IMG/VR virus record: IMGVR_UViG_3300017987_005500
DNA length: 64,000 bases
Reading direction: 5' to 3' (one strand)
Source of the DNA: a virus
Taxonomy: Duplodnaviria; Heunggongvirae; Uroviricota; Caudoviricetes
The notes under the pieces are model-generated. The model ran no database searches. It was not told the DNA's origin and was given only the letters and a program-made list of their open reading frames with translations. The translations under genes were made by a program, and so were the position numbers. Positions 53,888-62,539 of the stretch are shown one piece after another (the first letter of the stretch is position 1; every line of letters starts with the position of its first letter).

Positions 53888-54286
53888 TTACTCCAATATA
53901 AGGTCTTCAATAGGTGGTATTTGTGCATATATCCAAAAACTTCTATGTTCTCCATTTACTCTACAATTTTCAGATTCTGATGTTATTGTCCATGGTGATT
54001 CTCCAACATCATTTAATGCTCTTAATTTAAGAAAATAATGACCAACTCTTTTTAATACAAATGAAATTTGTATATTTGGAGTTTTCCCAAGAGCAGTTAC
54101 TTGATCAGTTTCAACATGAATCAATAAAACTTCATATTCAGTTGCATTACTTACAGTGCTCCATTTAGCAGTAATTGTATCTCCTGAATAATTCCAATAA
54201 GTTGCATGATCATGAAGTCCTGGTTCAATTGCATAAACTGGAGAAGTAAAAAAAATAATAAGAAAGATTAAAATGATTTTTTTCAT
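53888..54286 (-). CDS. Secreted FN3/Ig-like protein, paralog B (132 aa)
   Basis: Signal peptide 'MKKIILIFLIIFFTSPVYA'; 'WIYAQIPPIEDLILE'; 'TEYEVLLIH' FN3-like. Confidence 0.5.
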   Translation of the reverse strand: MKKIILIFLIIFFTSPVYAIEPGLHDHATYWNYSGDTITAKWSTVSNATEYEVLLIHVETDQVTALGKTPNIQISFVLKRVGHYFLKLRALNDVGESPWTITSESENCRVNGEHRSFWIYAQIPPIEDLILE

Positions 54287-54308
54287 ATTTCTCCTTTCTT
54301 ATAAAAAA

Positions 54309-54383
54309 TGGTAGCGACACTCAGATTTGAACTGAGAACACATGGCTTATCGGGCCACCGCTCTACCGTTGAGCTATGCCGCT
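54309..54383 (-). tRNA. tRNA-Ile (anticodon GAT)
   Basis: Acceptor agcggca/tgtcgct (one G.U), D arm 'gctc-aacggta-gagc', anticodon arm 'gtggc-ccgataa-gccat', T arm 'ctcag-ttcaaat-ctgag', CCA encoded. Confidence 0.6.
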
Positions 54384-54620
54384 TTATTTTTTAACTAATT
54401 CTAAATTTGTGTTTAATGCTGTTTTAGGTTGTCTGTAATCAAGAGTTCTTTCGCTTGTAGCGCCATGAGGAAGAGATATTTTCTTAACTGTCCCGCATTC
54501 CTTACACCAAAGTATTTCCTCATGTCCTAAAGATTGTATTCTGTCAGACATCATAGAAACCCAATTGTTAGTACCACAAGCACAACTTTTCACTTGTACA
54601 GCCATATTTCCTCCAAAAAA
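54384..54620 (-). CDS. Small zinc-ribbon protein (~75 aa)
   Basis: 'CACGTNNW...CKECGT'. ORF-track N-terminal extension to 54656 overlaps tRNA-Ser; probable start 'MAVQVKS'. Confidence 0.35.
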   Translation of the reverse strand, partial: FFGGNMAVQVKSCACGTNNWVSMMSDRIQSLGHEEILWCKECGTVKKISLPHGATSERTLDYRQPKTALNTNLELVKK

Positions 54621-54625
54621 ATTAA

Positions 54626-54710
54626 TTGGCGGAGGGTAGACGAATCGAACGCCCACGTGTCACCGCGCCCAAGGGTTCAAGCCTTGTTGCCGACCATTCA
54701 GCGGTACCCT
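54626..54710 (-). tRNA. tRNA-Ser (anticodon TGA), class II with long variable arm
   Basis: Acceptor ggagggt/accctcc perfect, anticodon arm 'caagg-cttgaac-ccttg', T arm 'gggcg-ttcgatt-cgtct', 85 nt, CCA encoded. Confidence 0.6.
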
Positions 54711-54763
54711 CCAAATTGTAAAGGGTGGCAAACACTTATAATTATTTACCACCCTACTCTTAT

Positions 54764-54982
54764 TTATTGTACAACAGTTCCTTCAAATATAGTTTCACCA
54801 CCATTTTCAACTAAAGCATGATCAATAGTCTTTTCAGTATCGTCATAAGTATTTAAATTTTTAACTCTTTTGAAGATTTGAGTTAGTACATTTCTTGCTC
54901 TTTTCAAAGTAATATTTCCAGTTACAATTGGATTTGAAGTCTTAAATGTAATGTTTAATCTTGCCATAATACTTTCCTCCAT
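54764..54982 (-). CDS. Hypothetical protein (72 aa)
   Basis: Small ORF. Confidence 0.35.
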   Translation of the reverse strand: MEESIMARLNITFKTSNPIVTGNITLKRARNVLTQIFKRVKNLNTYDDTEKTIDHALVENGGETIFEGTVVQ

Positions 54983-55057
54983 TATTGTTAATATAATCTC
55001 ATTATTTTAAATAAGTATTCATTAATTTGTTCACAATTCAGGAGGTACTATCTTAAA

Positions 55058-55330
55058 TTATTCGTGATAACCTTCATCATAAAATACTTTGTCAACTTCA
55101 TCGATCCAATGCATTATCTCATCTGTCCCAATGTTATGTTCTGAATTGTTCTCACATTTAAAATCTAAATAAGCATTATCACCATCAGGACAAGTTGTGA
55201 TATTTTGATCAACTCTTTTAAGCTGAATATTGTTATTATTAGAAATTGAAAATGTTTTAGTTGGAGTTTTATAATCAACTAAAATATTTCCTCCACATTC
55301 AGGACATTTTTTTAGAGACATTTTTACCAC
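55058..55330 (-). CDS. Small zinc-ribbon protein (90 aa)
   Basis: 'CPECGG...CPDG...C'. Confidence 0.4.
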   Translation of the reverse strand: MVKMSLKKCPECGGNILVDYKTPTKTFSISNNNNIQLKRVDQNITTCPDGDNAYLDFKCENNSEHNIGTDEIMHWIDEVDKVFYDEGYHE

Positions 55331-55656
55331 CTGTCAATTCGACAACTTACGTTATTGTTTCCCCAACAAGAACATTCACAGTCAACTTCAACTGATTTCG
55401 GTCTTCCATCACCTCTATTAAATACAACGTCAGTTTCATAATCATTATCTTCGTCTTCATATTCCCACGGGTCAAAACTAAAATTATATGCTCCAGGATA
55501 TTTTGCTTTTATAACTTCAATTGCCACTTCTTCATATTCTTCGTCAGAGACACTTTGTGTTATAACTGAACAATAAATGCTTATAATTATAGCTCCACCA
55601 ACAAAAATAATTCCTCCAATGATTTTTAACCAATCAATTAAATCTTCAGTTCGCAT
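55324..55656 (-). CDS. Membrane-anchored protein (110 aa)
   Basis: N-terminal TM 'IIGGIIFVGGAIIISIYCSVI'; C-terminal Cys-rich 'CECSCWGNNNVSC'. Confidence 0.45.
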   Translation of the reverse strand: MRTEDLIDWLKIIGGIIFVGGAIIISIYCSVITQSVSDEEYEEVAIEVIKAKYPGAYNFSFDPWEYEDEDNDYETDVVFNRGDGRPKSVEVDCECSCWGNNNVSCRIDRW

Positions 55657-55687
55657 TTTAATTCCTTTCGCTATTCTCTAATTTAAA

Positions 55688-55764
55688 TGGTGGGGACAGG
55701 CGGACTCGAACCGCCGACTCGGAGATTTTCAGTCTCCAGCTACTACCATCTGAGCTACATCCCC
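55688..55764 (-). tRNA. tRNA-Phe (anticodon GAA)
   Basis: Acceptor ggggatg/tgtcccc (two G.U), anticodon arm 'ggaga-ctgaaaa-tctcc', T arm 'ggcgg-ttcgagt-ccgcc', CCA encoded. Confidence 0.6.
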
Positions 55765-55768
55765 AATT

Positions 55769-56365
55769 TCATTCCCATAAATATTTATATTGATTTAAAA
55801 TAAAAATTACAACTTTACCTATAATTAATTCTTTAAATTCAGAATGCATATATTTATGATGTGTAGGACACAATGGAATCAAATTTTCTTTTTGATTATT
55901 ATTATGATTTTCATCAAAATGATGAACTTCTACTACATTTTCTTCATCACAAATTATACAACGTTTATCATGATAATAAAAACATATTTTTCTATAATCA
56001 TTACTTTCATCAATTTCAATTTTATTAGGTCCACCAAAAAGAATATATCTACATTCTTGAGAACATGTTACACATCCTCTGTTCACAACTTTTTTACATA
56101 TTGGACATAATTTCTTATGAATAGGATTTTCTTTGCATGATCTTTCATGTTGTTTAATACCACGAATTGAAATTAATTTATTGCAATGTAAACAGTTTGT
56201 CAATTTAGCAGAATATTGTCTTTGTCCTTCTTTATACGATGTCTTTAATTTTAACTTATTTTTTCGTCTAACTTCAGGACATTTTGCTACAAATTCACTG
56301 CAACAATGATTTCCATTTTTAAATGTTTTTATTGCATCATTGCCACAACCATATGAACAAAGCAT
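55769..56365 (-). CDS. HNH endonuclease (198 aa)
   Basis: 'VVEVHHFDENHNNNQKENLIPLCPTHHKYMH' HNH box; multiple CxxC; abuts tRNA-Phe. Confidence 0.65.
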   Translation of the reverse strand: MLCSYGCGNDAIKTFKNGNHCCSEFVAKCPEVRRKNKLKLKTSYKEGQRQYSAKLTNCLHCNKLISIRGIKQHERSCKENPIHKKLCPICKKVVNRGCVTCSQECRYILFGGPNKIEIDESNDYRKICFYYHDKRCIICDEENVVEVHHFDENHNNNQKENLIPLCPTHHKYMHSEFKELIIGKVVIFILNQYKYLWE

Positions 56366-56377
56366 AAATTTCCTTTA

Positions 56378-56466
56378 TGGCGGAGAGACTGGGATTTGAA
56401 CCCAGATGTGCTTTTACACACGTTCGATTAGCAGTCGAATGCACTACCTGATTATGCGACCTCTCC
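56378..56466 (-). tRNA. tRNA-Ser (anticodon GCT), class II
   Basis: Acceptor ggagagg/tctctcc (one G.U), anticodon arm 'ttcga-ctgctaa-tcgaa', T arm 'ctggg-ttcaaat-cccag', 89 nt, CCA encoded. Confidence 0.6.
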
Positions 56467-56669
56467 TTTTATTTTTTCTTTAATGAAATCATAACCTAAA
56501 CTTATAAATCCCAATACAAATATTATTATAACTAAAATCCATAAGGTTATATAATCATAAGTTTCTTTCATTGGAACCTCTTTAATCAATTAATTCAATA
56601 ACAAAGTCAACAAATACAACAAGACCTTTTATTATATTTTTAAATAATCTAATAAAGAATAATTTTATT

Positions 56670-56957
56670 TTATTGAGCAATGTCATTTATCGGTGTGCCT
56701 CCAATGAAACTATCATAGTATTGAAAATAAGGTACATATGTATTTTTGTAATAAAATTCAACTTCACCAAATTCAATTTTTTTACAAGCTGAATCAAATC
56801 TCATTGGACCAAATTCACCTCTTATATGAAGAGTTTGAATAATCTCATCAGCAACATCTCCATTGTCTACTAAAAGATTACCATTGTCCCATTGAAATTT
56901 TCCTTTAAATTGTTTATGAGTATTCAAAATAGATGTTACATAACTTTCTAATCCCAT
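56670..56957 (-). CDS. Hypothetical protein (95 aa)
   Basis: ORF overlapping-start coupled to kinase gene. Confidence 0.4.
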   Translation of the reverse strand: MGLESYVTSILNTHKQFKGKFQWDNGNLLVDNGDVADEIIQTLHIRGEFGPMRFDSACKKIEFGEVEFYYKNTYVPYFQYYDSFIGGTPINDIAQ

Positions 56958-57475
56958 CTCTTTAACTCTCCTTCTTTATCAACTTCTAATATTTTATCTG
57001 CTCCAAGTTCATGTATTCTATAAGTCAAGTCTTGCATTTGATTTGCAAACCTATACATTTTTTCAGTTCCAACATTTTTAGTTTGTCGTTTTTCGCATGT
57101 CTCCATGTCAATATTCATCAATACAATTGTTGTGTCATAATTGTATTCTTTAGCATAGTCTATCCAACGCTTTGTAATGTAATAAGATACATTCGTTGAA
57201 TCAAGAGCAATATTTTGTCCTCTTATCATAATTGCTCTTCCAACCAACTCATACATTCCTTGTAAAAGTTTATCAATATTAGGATTGAATGTAGATCCTG
57301 CTGCTAATCTAAAATCATCAAGACATAAAATTGTATGAGTATCTTTTTTATATTTATCAATGTATGTCGATTTTCCTGCTCCAGGAATTCCTACTGGAAT
57401 AAATAATTCGGGATTCATATGTACGGTCCTATTATTTTTAGAAATCCATATATCCAAGGGATGAAAATGAAACAA
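56948..57475 (-). CDS. P-loop polynucleotide-kinase-like protein (Pnk kinase-domain homolog)
   Basis: 'IPVGIPGAGKSTYIDKY' Walker A resembling the T4 Pnk N-terminal kinase domain (GxPGSGKST); 175 aa, so the kinase domain only. Confidence 0.5.
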   Translation of the reverse strand: MFHFHPLDIWISKNNRTVHMNPELFIPVGIPGAGKSTYIDKYKKDTHTILCLDDFRLAAGSTFNPNIDKLLQGMYELVGRAIMIRGQNIALDSTNVSYYITKRWIDYAKEYNYDTTIVLMNIDMETCEKRQTKNVGTEKMYRFANQMQDLTYRIHELGADKILEVDKEGELKRWD

Positions 57476-57607
57476 AGAATAATAAGTAAAACACTTTTAA
57501 TAATGAATGAATGTAATTTTGTATTATAAATAATATAATCATCTACCTTCTCACTAAAAAAAGTTCTTACTTTTCTTATCATAACATTTTCTCCCATTAT
57601 AATTTAA

Positions 57608-57686
57608 ATGGTCGGACATGTCCGATTTGAACGGCGATTGGTGCTCCCAAAGCACCCGTGTTACCAGGTTACACTACATGTCCGAT
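57608..57686 (-). tRNA. tRNA-Pro (anticodon TGG) with non-canonical acceptor/T-stem register
   Basis: Anticodon arm 'ggtgc-tttggga-gcacc' perfect, D arm 'gtgt-aacctggta-acac'. Extended acceptor pairing 'tcggacatg/catgtccga' (9 bp) with only a 3-bp T stem 'ccg-ttcaaat-cgg'; ends ...GACCA. Confidence 0.45.
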
Positions 57687-57733
57687 ATATGTATAGGACG
57701 AAGAGTCATTCTCCGCCCTATGAAATTACAATG

Positions 57734-58774
57734 TTATTTTAATTTTGCTTGATATCTTTGTTTTCTTTCAGCAGCTTCTTTTTTAAATCGTGCTGCCATC
57801 TCTGCTCGATTTTTATCTCTTTGTGCTTTCTGTGCATCCGTCAATGGTGCATTTGAAGCAATGAGTTCATCAATTTTGGCATTATTCATTACCGTCTTAA
57901 CAGCTTCCCCTGAGCGTAACGCATCATATGGGAAGACAAACACTTGATTGTTTGGAGAATCTGCCATTCTCTCCATTACATCATATTGTCGATTAACAAG
58001 AATAGCTGAAGTCAAAGATGATGTTACAATCATATTTGATGCCGCTTTTGTTCTTGCTTTAATAATTTCAGCTTTACCTTCTTCTCTGGCAATATCTTCA
58101 GCTCGAGATGCTTGGGCGAGTGTTGCTTCAGCTAAGGCAGCTTGTTTTTCATCTTCCAATAGAGCTTCCTTAATTTCCTCTCGTTGATTCTTAACAACTT
58201 CAGGATAATCAAGATTTGAAACTAAAAGAGCTGATGTCGCAATTGGATATTTAAGCTCTTTAAATTTTGCAATTACAGCTTTGGAAATAGCTGCTTCAAT
58301 TTTCTTTCTTTCTGCCCTTATATTGTCAGTAATATAAGGAGAAACAATAGCTCTTGAATTTGATCTAACAACATCCATCATTGCCAGTTGATAAAACTTT
58401 TCCAGTGAAAGAGAATACCCCTGTTGATCTCCAGTGTTAATTGGAATTGCAGGGACTTTATCTTTAATAACGTCAATTGTTGCGTCGGTGATATGGAATG
58501 AACCTAACCATTTAACGTCCACGTCCATATTAATGTCGTCTTTACACAGAATCTTCATAGGTTCTGTGAAACTTTTTAACTTTGTGTCAACAAAGTATAC
58601 TTTATCACGTCCATAAGCTGTATAAGAACCACTCTTTTTAATTGTAGTTCCACCACTTGCTGTAAGCACAATTACTGTAGTGCCGGGTGGGACAACTTTT
58701 GATTGACATGAAATTGTAGTCAGAGTTAGCAAAACTGCGAGAATCATTACAATATTAAAGTTTCGACGATTCAT
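57734..58774 (-). CDS. SPFH/band-7 (prohibitin/HflKC-like) domain lipoprotein or secreted protein
   Basis: Signal peptide with 'LTLTTISC' lipobox-like cleavage site; SPFH-type core followed by long Ala/Glu/Lys-rich helical region 'EKQAALAEATLAQASRAEDIAREEGKAEIIKAR'. Confidence 0.55.
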   Translation of the reverse strand: MNRRNFNIVMILAVLLTLTTISCQSKVVPPGTTVIVLTASGGTTIKKSGSYTAYGRDKVYFVDTKLKSFTEPMKILCKDDINMDVDVKWLGSFHITDATIDVIKDKVPAIPINTGDQQGYSLSLEKFYQLAMMDVVRSNSRAIVSPYITDNIRAERKKIEAAISKAVIAKFKELKYPIATSALLVSNLDYPEVVKNQREEIKEALLEDEKQAALAEATLAQASRAEDIAREEGKAEIIKARTKAASNMIVTSSLTSAILVNRQYDVMERMADSPNNQVFVFPYDALRSGEAVKTVMNNAKIDELIASNAPLTDAQKAQRDKNRAEMAARFKKEAAERKQRYQAKLK

Positions 58775-58789
58775 TAACTTTTCTCTCCT

Positions 58790-59260
58790 TTAAGGTGTTT
58801 TCGGTTGAGGCACATTTGCCTTCATGAAATCTTCAAAGTTTTCGCTGCTTTTCTTCTTTTGTTCAATTATTCGCTCTTCTCTTTTTTCCTCCTTTACTTT
58901 TTCTAAATTTTCATTTGATTCTACAATTGCCTCGGGAGTTTCTGGTATATATTCTTCTGCTTGTTGTGCGACTGTCTCAGCTCCCATATCACTCAATTTC
59001 TCTGGTTGCATATTTATTGCAAAGAAAAATGTGATAATTAATATTACACAAATCCATATTCCAGGAATCGCTATTGAAAGATTTTTCCATAATGTTGAAT
59101 GGACTTTATAGGAGTTTGTCTTTTCCTCACCTTTCAAATTAAGTTTGATGATTTCCTTTGACCTGTTCTTAATAAGCATAGATAAAAAGTAAGTCAAAAT
59201 AATTCCACCAACACACCACGCATACATCATTACATCAATGTAAACATTACCAATCTGCAT
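58790..59260 (-). CDS. Membrane protein (156 aa)
   Basis: Two N-terminal TM segments; Glu/Lys-rich C-terminus. Confidence 0.45.
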   Translation of the reverse strand: MQIGNVYIDVMMYAWCVGGIILTYFLSMLIKNRSKEIIKLNLKGEEKTNSYKVHSTLWKNLSIAIPGIWICVILIITFFFAINMQPEKLSDMGAETVAQQAEEYIPETPEAIVESNENLEKVKEEKREERIIEQKKKSSENFEDFMKANVPQPKTP

Positions 59261-59261
59261 T

Positions 59262-59765
59262 TCACTCTCCTTCGTTTAATTTTTTAATTGCTTCATTCGC
59301 GATTTCTTCAGTTAATCCATTTGTCATATAATCAGTTTGAATTAAATGATCCATTAAGTCTTCCATATCATCATCGTCATCTAAAATAATAAATTTACAG
59401 TCTTCTCCAAATTCATCTAACCATTCTTTAATTTCAGTTCCTCGATATGTTTCTCTTGATACGTCATATAATAAGTCTGGAGTCTCTCCAATAAATTCGC
59501 CTTTTATATTAGCAGTTAATAAAAAATCATAGTGATTCTTATGTCTTCTCCAAGTGCTAGATAATACAATCTTAGCACCTGTTTCCTTGATGATTCTATT
59601 TAATTGTTTGACACATTCAATAGATATCTTAAGGACTCCTTCCCCACCCTTTACTATTTCAGCAGGATGAGGATTTTTCCCATTGTCATTCCAACAATCA
59701 ACGTGATTAAGAACTCCATCAACATCAAGGAAAATTATCTTTTCCATTATAACTCCTCTTACCAA
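59262..59765 (-). CDS. HAD-family phosphatase (polynucleotide 3'-phosphatase-like)
   Basis: 'KIIFLDVDGVLNH' HAD motif I (DxDGxL), 'VLSSTWR' motif II-like, 'ILDDDDD' motif IV-like; resembles the phosphatase domain of T4 Pnk. Confidence 0.55.
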   Translation of the reverse strand: MVRGVIMEKIIFLDVDGVLNHVDCWNDNGKNPHPAEIVKGGEGVLKISIECVKQLNRIIKETGAKIVLSSTWRRHKNHYDFLLTANIKGEFIGETPDLLYDVSRETYRGTEIKEWLDEFGEDCKFIILDDDDDMEDLMDHLIQTDYMTNGLTEEIANEAIKKLNEGE

Positions 59766-59789
59766 GTAATATATATAGTCATTATTTAA

Positions 59790-59981
59790 TTAACCAAAAT
59801 AAGCATTGAGTGCCCATCCAGCTGAAAATACAATGCCCATAGCATAACAAGCTAATGAAATGAATGGAGTTAAAAAGTCATAGTCAGATGCTTTTTCTTT
59901 TCCTATCATATATCCAACTACAAAGAATGCTGATGTAAACACTACTGGAATGATCCAATGTGGTAAAGTTATTGTAAACAT
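59790..59981 (-). CDS. Small membrane protein (63 aa)
   Basis: Two hydrophobic segments. Confidence 0.35.
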   Translation of the reverse strand: MFTITLPHWIIPVVFTSAFFVVGYMIGKEKASDYDFLTPFISLACYAMGIVFSAGWALNAYFG

Positions 59982-59995
59982 AATAAATCCTTATG

Positions 59996-60071
59996 GGGTG
60001 AGCGACGAGACTTGAACTCGCAACCACCGGGACCACAACCCAGCGCTCTACCATTGAGCTACACCCACCAT
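59996..60071 (-). tRNA. tRNA-His (anticodon GTG) with G-1
   Basis: Extra 5' G pairing with discriminator C (His hallmark). Acceptor gtgggtg/cgctcac, D arm 'gctc-aatggta-gagc', anticodon arm 'ctggg-ttgtggt-cccgg', T arm 'gcgag-ttcaagt-ctcgt', CCA encoded. Confidence 0.65.
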
Positions 60072-60077
60072 AAAACA

Positions 60078-60272
60078 TTATTCTTTACATGAAACTGTAA
60101 GACAACCGCAATGTGTACAAAGTTGATCGCTTACATAACCTTGACATTTATCTTCCCCATCGCCTCCTATACAATGATATTTTCCCCCATTCTTAATATA
60201 TCTTGGACAATCATTATAATCGACCGGGATCATACCTGCATCTTCATATTCTTGACAAGGAATTGTTTTCAT
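60078..60272 (-). CDS. Small Cys-rich protein (64 aa)
   Basis: 'C..C...C..C..C' pattern. Confidence 0.35.
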   Translation of the reverse strand: MKTIPCQEYEDAGMIPVDYNDCPRYIKNGGKYHCIGGDGEDKCQGYVSDQLCTHCGCLTVSCKE

Positions 60273-60273
60273 T

Positions 60274-60567
60274 TTAAGGTCCTGTTTTCTTTAGTAAAGT
60301 ATTAAAAATATCAGAAGCTTTTTCCTTTCCAGCACTAGTTGCTTCATCAATCTTTTCCGCTTTCTCTTTAGCATAACCAGAGACATTTTTATCAAATTTA
60401 TCAACAACTTGACCTATTTGAGTTGAAATTTGCTTAACTTCAGTGACAGCTTGATCACCAACTTCTTTTACTTCAGCTATCATAAAAGAAGCAACTATAA
60501 GCATTATCAACAACTCAATTAACCACGACACCCAATTATTCGCTATAATTTCCATTATCTTATTCAT
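60274..60567 (-). CDS. Membrane-anchored protein (97 aa)
   Basis: N-terminal TM 'WVSWLIELLIMLIVASFMIA'. Confidence 0.4.
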   Translation of the reverse strand: MNKIMEIIANNWVSWLIELLIMLIVASFMIAEVKEVGDQAVTEVKQISTQIGQVVDKFDKNVSGYAKEKAEKIDEATSAGKEKASDIFNTLLKKTGP

Positions 60568-60956
60568 TAGAATACCTTATTCCCTTTCATTTTATTATTA
60601 AACATTGATTTAATAGCTTCATCACCTCTTCCCATTTTGATTAAAGCTTTTGCAACATCTGAGTTGAAGTTATCACCTTGCATATAAATCAAGTTAATAA
60701 ATAACAATTTTCGCATGATTGAATTTTGGTCATTAATAACTTTCATTAATGTCTTAAACTTTTTTCGTATATTTGGTTCTGTCATGTCAGCATTATCAAT
60801 ATTATTAAGAAAATGCTCAAGTCCTTTTGCATATTTGTCGGTTGTATCAATGTCAGTAAATATTGATTTCAATGAAGCTTCTTTGTCATTTAAAAAATTC
60901 ATCAATAAGTCATCAAACATTGTGAATCTCCCAATTATTTCTTTTCTCTTTATCAA
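60567..60956 (-). CDS. Hypothetical protein (129 aa)
   Basis: ORF, ATGA-coupled. Confidence 0.45.
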   Translation of the reverse strand: MIKRKEIIGRFTMFDDLLMNFLNDKEASLKSIFTDIDTTDKYAKGLEHFLNNIDNADMTEPNIRKKFKTLMKVINDQNSIMRKLLFINLIYMQGDNFNSDVAKALIKMGRGDEAIKSMFNNKMKGNKVF

Positions 60957-61051
60957 ACGAGATTAAAATTTTATCTTCCTTATCCCACATATACCAACAT
61001 TTCCATTTAGTACTTGCTGTGTATTTATTTGTTAAGATAAGAAAGATTAAT

Positions 61052-61885
61052 TTAATTTTTAGCTTGAAGTCTCTCATATTCTTCCTTCGCAAATTCACTG
61101 GCGTATGCAATTAATAACATAACATCGCACTCATAAAATCCTGAAGCATTGAAACAATTAACTTCAATAACTTTTAAACCATCCGCTGTTTGACATATAT
61201 CAAGAGTATAAGCTTTCTCAACTTGCCAATCAGCTCTTGCAATTGATAAGGCAAATTCAATAACATTTCCTGGCATATCAAAAGCTTCCGCTGATTGATA
61301 TAACCTATTGTGTTTCTTATACATTGAACCTGTCACAACTTCTTTATCAATTACAACAAATCTCCATTCTGCCCAAATATCTTTAACAGAACTTATTGTA
61401 ACTTCTGATTTAATGGTTATGTTTTTAAATTGACTAGTTGAATCATTAATGACGTCATACCATTTTTCAAATTCATACTTATCAAAAACATCACCTGAGA
61501 ATAGTTTAAAATCAGAGTTTGGTCTTATAAATAATGGAGGTCCGTCAAAATGATCTAATACTTCATATATTTTCATAACCTTAGAGTCATGATTTAACCA
61601 TTTTTCCCCATATTGTTTTCCCCATACGCTTGGTTTAAATGTCTCCTCATTAAACCACATACCTGGAAAATATTTACCGCTTTTAACTATGTTCTTTAAT
61701 AATGTCGTAGTTCCATATGCTAAAACAGGACCGTCATGGTCAGTAATTCCCTCTGGTAAACAATCTGCAAAGGGAATTATTTTAACTAAGTCATATGGAA
61801 GCTCTTGTCTTTCAAAGCAATTGATCATTTTATCAACTGCTTTTTCTTTAAAAATATTTGTCTGTAATATCCATTTGGTTTTCAT
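61052..61885 (-). CDS. Hypothetical enzyme, possible ATP-grasp-like fold (277 aa)
   Basis: C-terminal 'YTLDICQTADGLKVIEVNCFNASGF' resembles the ATP-grasp 'D..g..vlEvN' segment; weak. Confidence 0.3.
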   Translation of the reverse strand: MKTKWILQTNIFKEKAVDKMINCFERQELPYDLVKIIPFADCLPEGITDHDGPVLAYGTTTLLKNIVKSGKYFPGMWFNEETFKPSVWGKQYGEKWLNHDSKVMKIYEVLDHFDGPPLFIRPNSDFKLFSGDVFDKYEFEKWYDVINDSTSQFKNITIKSEVTISSVKDIWAEWRFVVIDKEVVTGSMYKKHNRLYQSAEAFDMPGNVIEFALSIARADWQVEKAYTLDICQTADGLKVIEVNCFNASGFYECDVMLLIAYASEFAKEEYERLQAKN

Positions 61886-62304
61886 CGTACTATCTTTTTA
61901 TCAGCATATTCACAATCACGACCATCACATACTGCTGTAACAATTACAGGTAAATTATCTCGATTTGTGCCAATTGCCCAACATAACATATGAGATTTTA
62001 AATAAGATTCTGAAAATCTTGTTCCCGTATTTGAACAATCATCACATTCACCTGAAAATAAATCATCGCAATTACAAGTTATATTACGCATTTCTGAATG
62101 ATCTCTCTTCACATATGTTTGCATAGTTTCAATCATAATAGGTTTTATAGCATAAGAAACATCTTCTACGCTGTGAGATGTTGAGGTCATTGTTGTGGCA
62201 GTTCCAAATATCATTGGAACTACAATTGCGCAAACTATTCCAATTATTGCAATTACTATCATCAATTCAACTAATGTAAAACCTTTCGCTTTTTCTTTTT
62301 TCAT
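61882..62304 (-). CDS. Type IV pilin / pseudopilin-like protein with class-III signal peptide
   Basis: 'MKKEKAKG|FTLVELMIVIAIIGIVCAIVVPMIFG' is the canonical prepilin leader + G/FTLxE + hydrophobic helix; Cys-rich C-terminal domain. In the ORF track it is the C-terminal part of 61882..63120. Confidence 0.55.
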   Translation of the reverse strand: MKKEKAKGFTLVELMIVIAIIGIVCAIVVPMIFGTATTMTSTSHSVEDVSYAIKPIMIETMQTYVKRDHSEMRNITCNCDDLFSGECDDCSNTGTRFSESYLKSHMLCWAIGTNRDNLPVIVTAVCDGRDCEYADKKIVR

Positions 62305-62459
62305 GATTTTCTTATACCTTTCTTGATCTTCTTTAGTAGGTTCCCAATCTAAAATACCTAAGTCCTTATCAATCTCCCATTGTTCTCTTGCTGAGAGATA
62401 TTTATAATTACCTGGTCTTTTCAATGCTTGCTCTAATGACATTGTCAAATTTCCTTTTA

Positions 62460-62533
62460 TGGTAGCCCTGCTCGGACTTGAACCGAGAACATCTTGCTTG
62501 TAAGGACAGTGCTCTTCGCGCTGAGCTATAGCT
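62460..62533 (-). ncRNA. tRNA-like element (degenerate), embedded in-frame between HNH and pilin-like coding sequences
   Basis: T arm 'ctcgg-ttcaagt-ccgag' + 'cagggct a CCA', D arm 'gctc-agcgcgaa-gagc'. Anticodon stem is mismatched ('ctgtc-cttacaa-gcaag'). No complementary 5' acceptor. Confidence 0.3.
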
Positions 62534-62539
62534 TTTTTC

